The notes below the pieces were generated by a model, which did no database searches, was not told the origin of the DNA, and saw nothing but the letters and a program-made list of their open reading frames with translations. 44,688 nt of DNA from an uncultured Gammaproteobacteria bacterium (GTDB lineage: Bacteria > Patescibacteriota > Microgenomatia > Levybacterales > UBA12049): NCBI GenBank assembly GCA_964579845.1, contig CAZOHC010000006.1, positions 1 to 44,688 of the forward strand. Direction: 5' to 3'. Positions within the stretch are counted from its first letter, which is position 1. Each line of letters begins with the position of its first letter. A program made the position numbers and the translations under genes. This document shows, piece after piece, positions 43,265 through 44,688 of the stretch.

Positions 43265-43405
43265 TTCTGTTCTTCCGATGAAATCGGAACTGATGAGTCC
43301 ATGCTCATTCCTGTCATTCTGAAGCCAATGGCTGAAGAATCTCTCTAAAAGAGATCCTTCATTACACTCAGGATGACTAGTGAGGAGCTGAGGACGAAAA
43401 CAAAA
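43265..43405 (+). ncRNA. Hammerhead ribozyme D (type III, long stem II); predicted cleavage after C43272
   Basis: UUCUGUU-C|UUCCGAU-gaa-AUCGGAA-CUGAUGA-GUCC..[R8]..GGAC-GAA-AACAAAA. The core is intact and stem III has one A/C mismatch. Confidence 0.7.
43313..43377. repeat. R8: palindrome copy forming the distal stem II of hammerhead D
   Basis: gtcattctgaagccaatggctgaagaatctctctaaaagagatccttcattacactcaggatgac. Confidence 0.75.
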
Positions 43406-43408
43406 TCT

Positions 43409-43521
43409 GTCATTCTGATCCTGATAAAATCGGGAGAAGAATCTCTACATGAGATCCTTCCCTAATCAGGGTGATTTCATTGATATGTTCAATGGATAAA
43501 TCACACTCTGTTCAGGATGAC
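43409..43521. repeat. R9: composite nested palindrome, inverted partner of R2
   Basis: gtcattctgatcctgataaaatcgggagaagaatctctacatgagatccttccctaatcagggtgatttcattgatatgttcaatggataaatcacactctgttcaggatgac. Confidence 0.8.
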
Positions 43522-43728
43522 AAAGTTCTTTAAAATAGAAAAGTATTCGGTGCCGGCAGGAGCGCACTGTACAACGGTAGACGAGAGATTAAATCGCACG
43601 AGGTATTTATTTTTTGGGCAGGAAAATAAATTTGATACTTTTGCCTTTTGATTTTTAACGTTTGCACTTGTTATGGTACGCTCCTGTCGGCATTCGAGCG
43701 CTGACACGAGCTTTCTTCGGAGGTATAG

Positions 43729-43869
43729 ATGCTGGAAGCATTGAAGCTTCTGGTCTTAGGACTCATCGCTTTCGGGATTTTGGCATTGCTGATCGTCTAT
43801 GTCATTGTCCCGATTCTCAGTCGTTGCATCGATTTCGATGACCCAGATGACTGGAGTGAGATCCGCTAG
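43729..43869 (+). CDS. Micro membrane protein (46 aa) ending DDWSEIR
   Basis: GGAGG lies 6 nt upstream of the ATG. The product is MLEALKLLVLGLIAFGILALLIVYVIVPILSRCIDFDDPDDWSEIR. It is below the ORF-track length cutoff. Confidence 0.4.
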   Translation: MLEALKLLVLGLIAFGILALLIVYVIVPILSRCIDFDDPDDWSEIR

Positions 43870-43888
43870 TGAAAGGAGCGCAGCGGTC

Positions 43889-44041
43889 ATGCTTCGTCGG
43901 TTCTTCCACGAAATCGTGGAGACATTCGTGCGGGTTTACCTCGCAACCCATCCTGAGATCACGCTAGATCCGGAATGGGAAGACACTCGTCCTGCCGAAA
44001 CAGGCAGGAGAAAGGAACAGCTCCATGGCGGAAAAAGCTAA
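43889..44041 (+). CDS. Small hypothetical protein (50 aa)
   Basis: The ATG lies downstream of AAAGGAG. It is an internal start of track ORF 43799-44041. Confidence 0.35.
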   Translation: MLRRFFHEIVETFVRVYLATHPEITLDPEWEDTRPAETGRRKEQLHGGKS

Positions 44042-44150
44042 GACGATTGTCGGACTCGTGGGAATCATCGTCATTCTGGCGGTTGTTGCCATGTTAACGT
44101 TTCTCGGTTGGTGCACGGAAGTGTCCATCGAGGACGCTCAGTCGCTGTAA
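44025..44150 (+). CDS. Micro membrane protein (41 aa)
   Basis: The product is MAEKAKTIVGLVGIIVILAVVAMLTFLGWCTEVSIEDAQSL. It overlaps the preceding ORF by 17 nt. Confidence 0.35.
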   Translation: MAEKAKTIVGLVGIIVILAVVAMLTFLGWCTEVSIEDAQSL

Positions 44151-44162
44151 GGAGTGAACCAT

Positions 44163-44435
44163 ATGCATCTTGTCCTTGACCAAGACATCGAGGCCATTGT
44201 GGCCGTCACCAATGAGGATCCTGAAATCAGGGCTCGTGTAGGTGAAACAGGCAGGCTCCTGGCCGGAGGGGAGCTCTATGAGGTTTCCTCCTACGACGAC
44301 TGGAGCATTTGTGCTCGTTATATCACACCCGGACGTGAACTTCGGTCTGGTCGGAATATTCCGATCAATACCATCGTGTACGTTTCTGCCGAAACCCTTG
44401 CTTCAGCTACTACAGCCTTCAGGTTCATAGAATGA
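44163..44435 (+). CDS. Hypothetical protein (90 aa)
   Basis: AAGGAG lies 8 nt upstream of ATG 44163. The track lists GTG 44154. Confidence 0.55.
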   Translation: MHLVLDQDIEAIVAVTNEDPEIRARVGETGRLLAGGELYEVSSYDDWSICARYITPGRELRSGRNIPINTIVYVSAETLASATTAFRFIE

Positions 44436-44521
44436 AAATTCTAATTGCAATCCTAGGCTGGAAAGGTGGAGCAGGCCATTTTATCTTCATTCTACTCTTC
44501 TTTCTAGTGTACGCACTGTAA
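44432..44521 (+). CDS. Micro hydrophobic peptide (29 aa)
   Basis: ATGA start/stop overlap with the preceding ORF. The product is MKILIAILGWKGGAGHFIFILLFFLVYAL. Confidence 0.3.
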   Translation: MKILIAILGWKGGAGHFIFILLFFLVYAL

Positions 44522-44540
44522 GACGAGTCAGAGTGAACCA

Positions 44541-44572
44541 AAGGGGGTACCCGTCGGGTACCCCCTTTTCTC
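44541..44572 (+). terminator. Strong rho-independent terminator closing the small-gene operon
   Basis: AAGGGGGTACCC-gtc-GGGTACCCCCTT followed by TTCTC. Confidence 0.85.
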
Positions 44573-44655
44573 ATACAATTCAGCCTCGATTATTATAAAA
44601 CGAAATAATTAAGGTGCTTGCGCTCGCTACATGGCTCTGACCCATTAAAGCGAGC

Positions 44656-44684
44656 TTGACATATCCTATAATATTTGATATAAT
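44656..44684 (+). promoter_or_regulatory. P5: consensus sigma70 promoter of the same family at the window edge
   Basis: TTGACA, a 17-nt spacer (tatcctataatatttga), then TATAAT. Confidence 0.6.
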
Positions 44685-44688
44685 ACAC

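Noticed and set aside
35781-43521. CRISPR array or integron attC cassette array as an explanation for the repeats between small ORFs
   Set aside because: The repeats are long nested palindromes with irregular spacing (0.03-1.7 kb) and no short unique spacers. No cas or intI gene is present and there is no attC R'/R'' GTTRRRY core symmetry. The conserved intergenic element is instead a complete hammerhead.
35560-44688. Calling the right-hand locus a prophage, satellite or diversity-generating retroelement
   Set aside because: No integrase, terminase, capsid, portal, replication or reverse-transcriptase ORF is present. No template/variable repeat pair was seen. Mobile or phage origin remains only a possibility.

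Overview
This is a 44.7 kb bacterial window under the standard genetic code. TAA, TGA and TAG all end long ORFs. All calls come from reading the sequence and the ORF track; no database or folding search was run.

Positions 1-35,560 look like an envelope and surface region of a monoderm, CPR/Patescibacteria-like genome (inference). It holds two giant fibre proteins of about 1500 aa with phage-tail-fibre-type chaperone domains. It also holds a Wzy/O-antigen-ligase-like TPR protein, a five-gene surface cluster resembling WxL/DUF916 loci, and a sortase-type (SPKTG) DUF11 protein. Other genes here are a LysM-M23 peptidase, Rho, tRNA-Ala(GGC), a VirD4/TraD-like ATPase, and small selfish-looking genes (a GIY-YIG pseudogene and a four-helix-bundle gene) flanked by inverted repeats.

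Positions 35,560-44,688 are the unusual part.
- About 3.3 kb contains no credible ORF but has four near-consensus promoters of one sequence family. They appear to drive heavily structured RNAs.
- Downstream is a plus-strand operon of about 13 tiny, mostly unassignable proteins, many of them membrane or secreted.
- That operon is punctuated by four intact type III hammerhead ribozyme cores, supported by covariation in stems I and III. Three of them carry a nested palindromic repeat as a long stem II extension.
- The same palindrome family brackets the locus in inverted orientation. It also encloses the GIY-YIG pseudogene 28 kb away.
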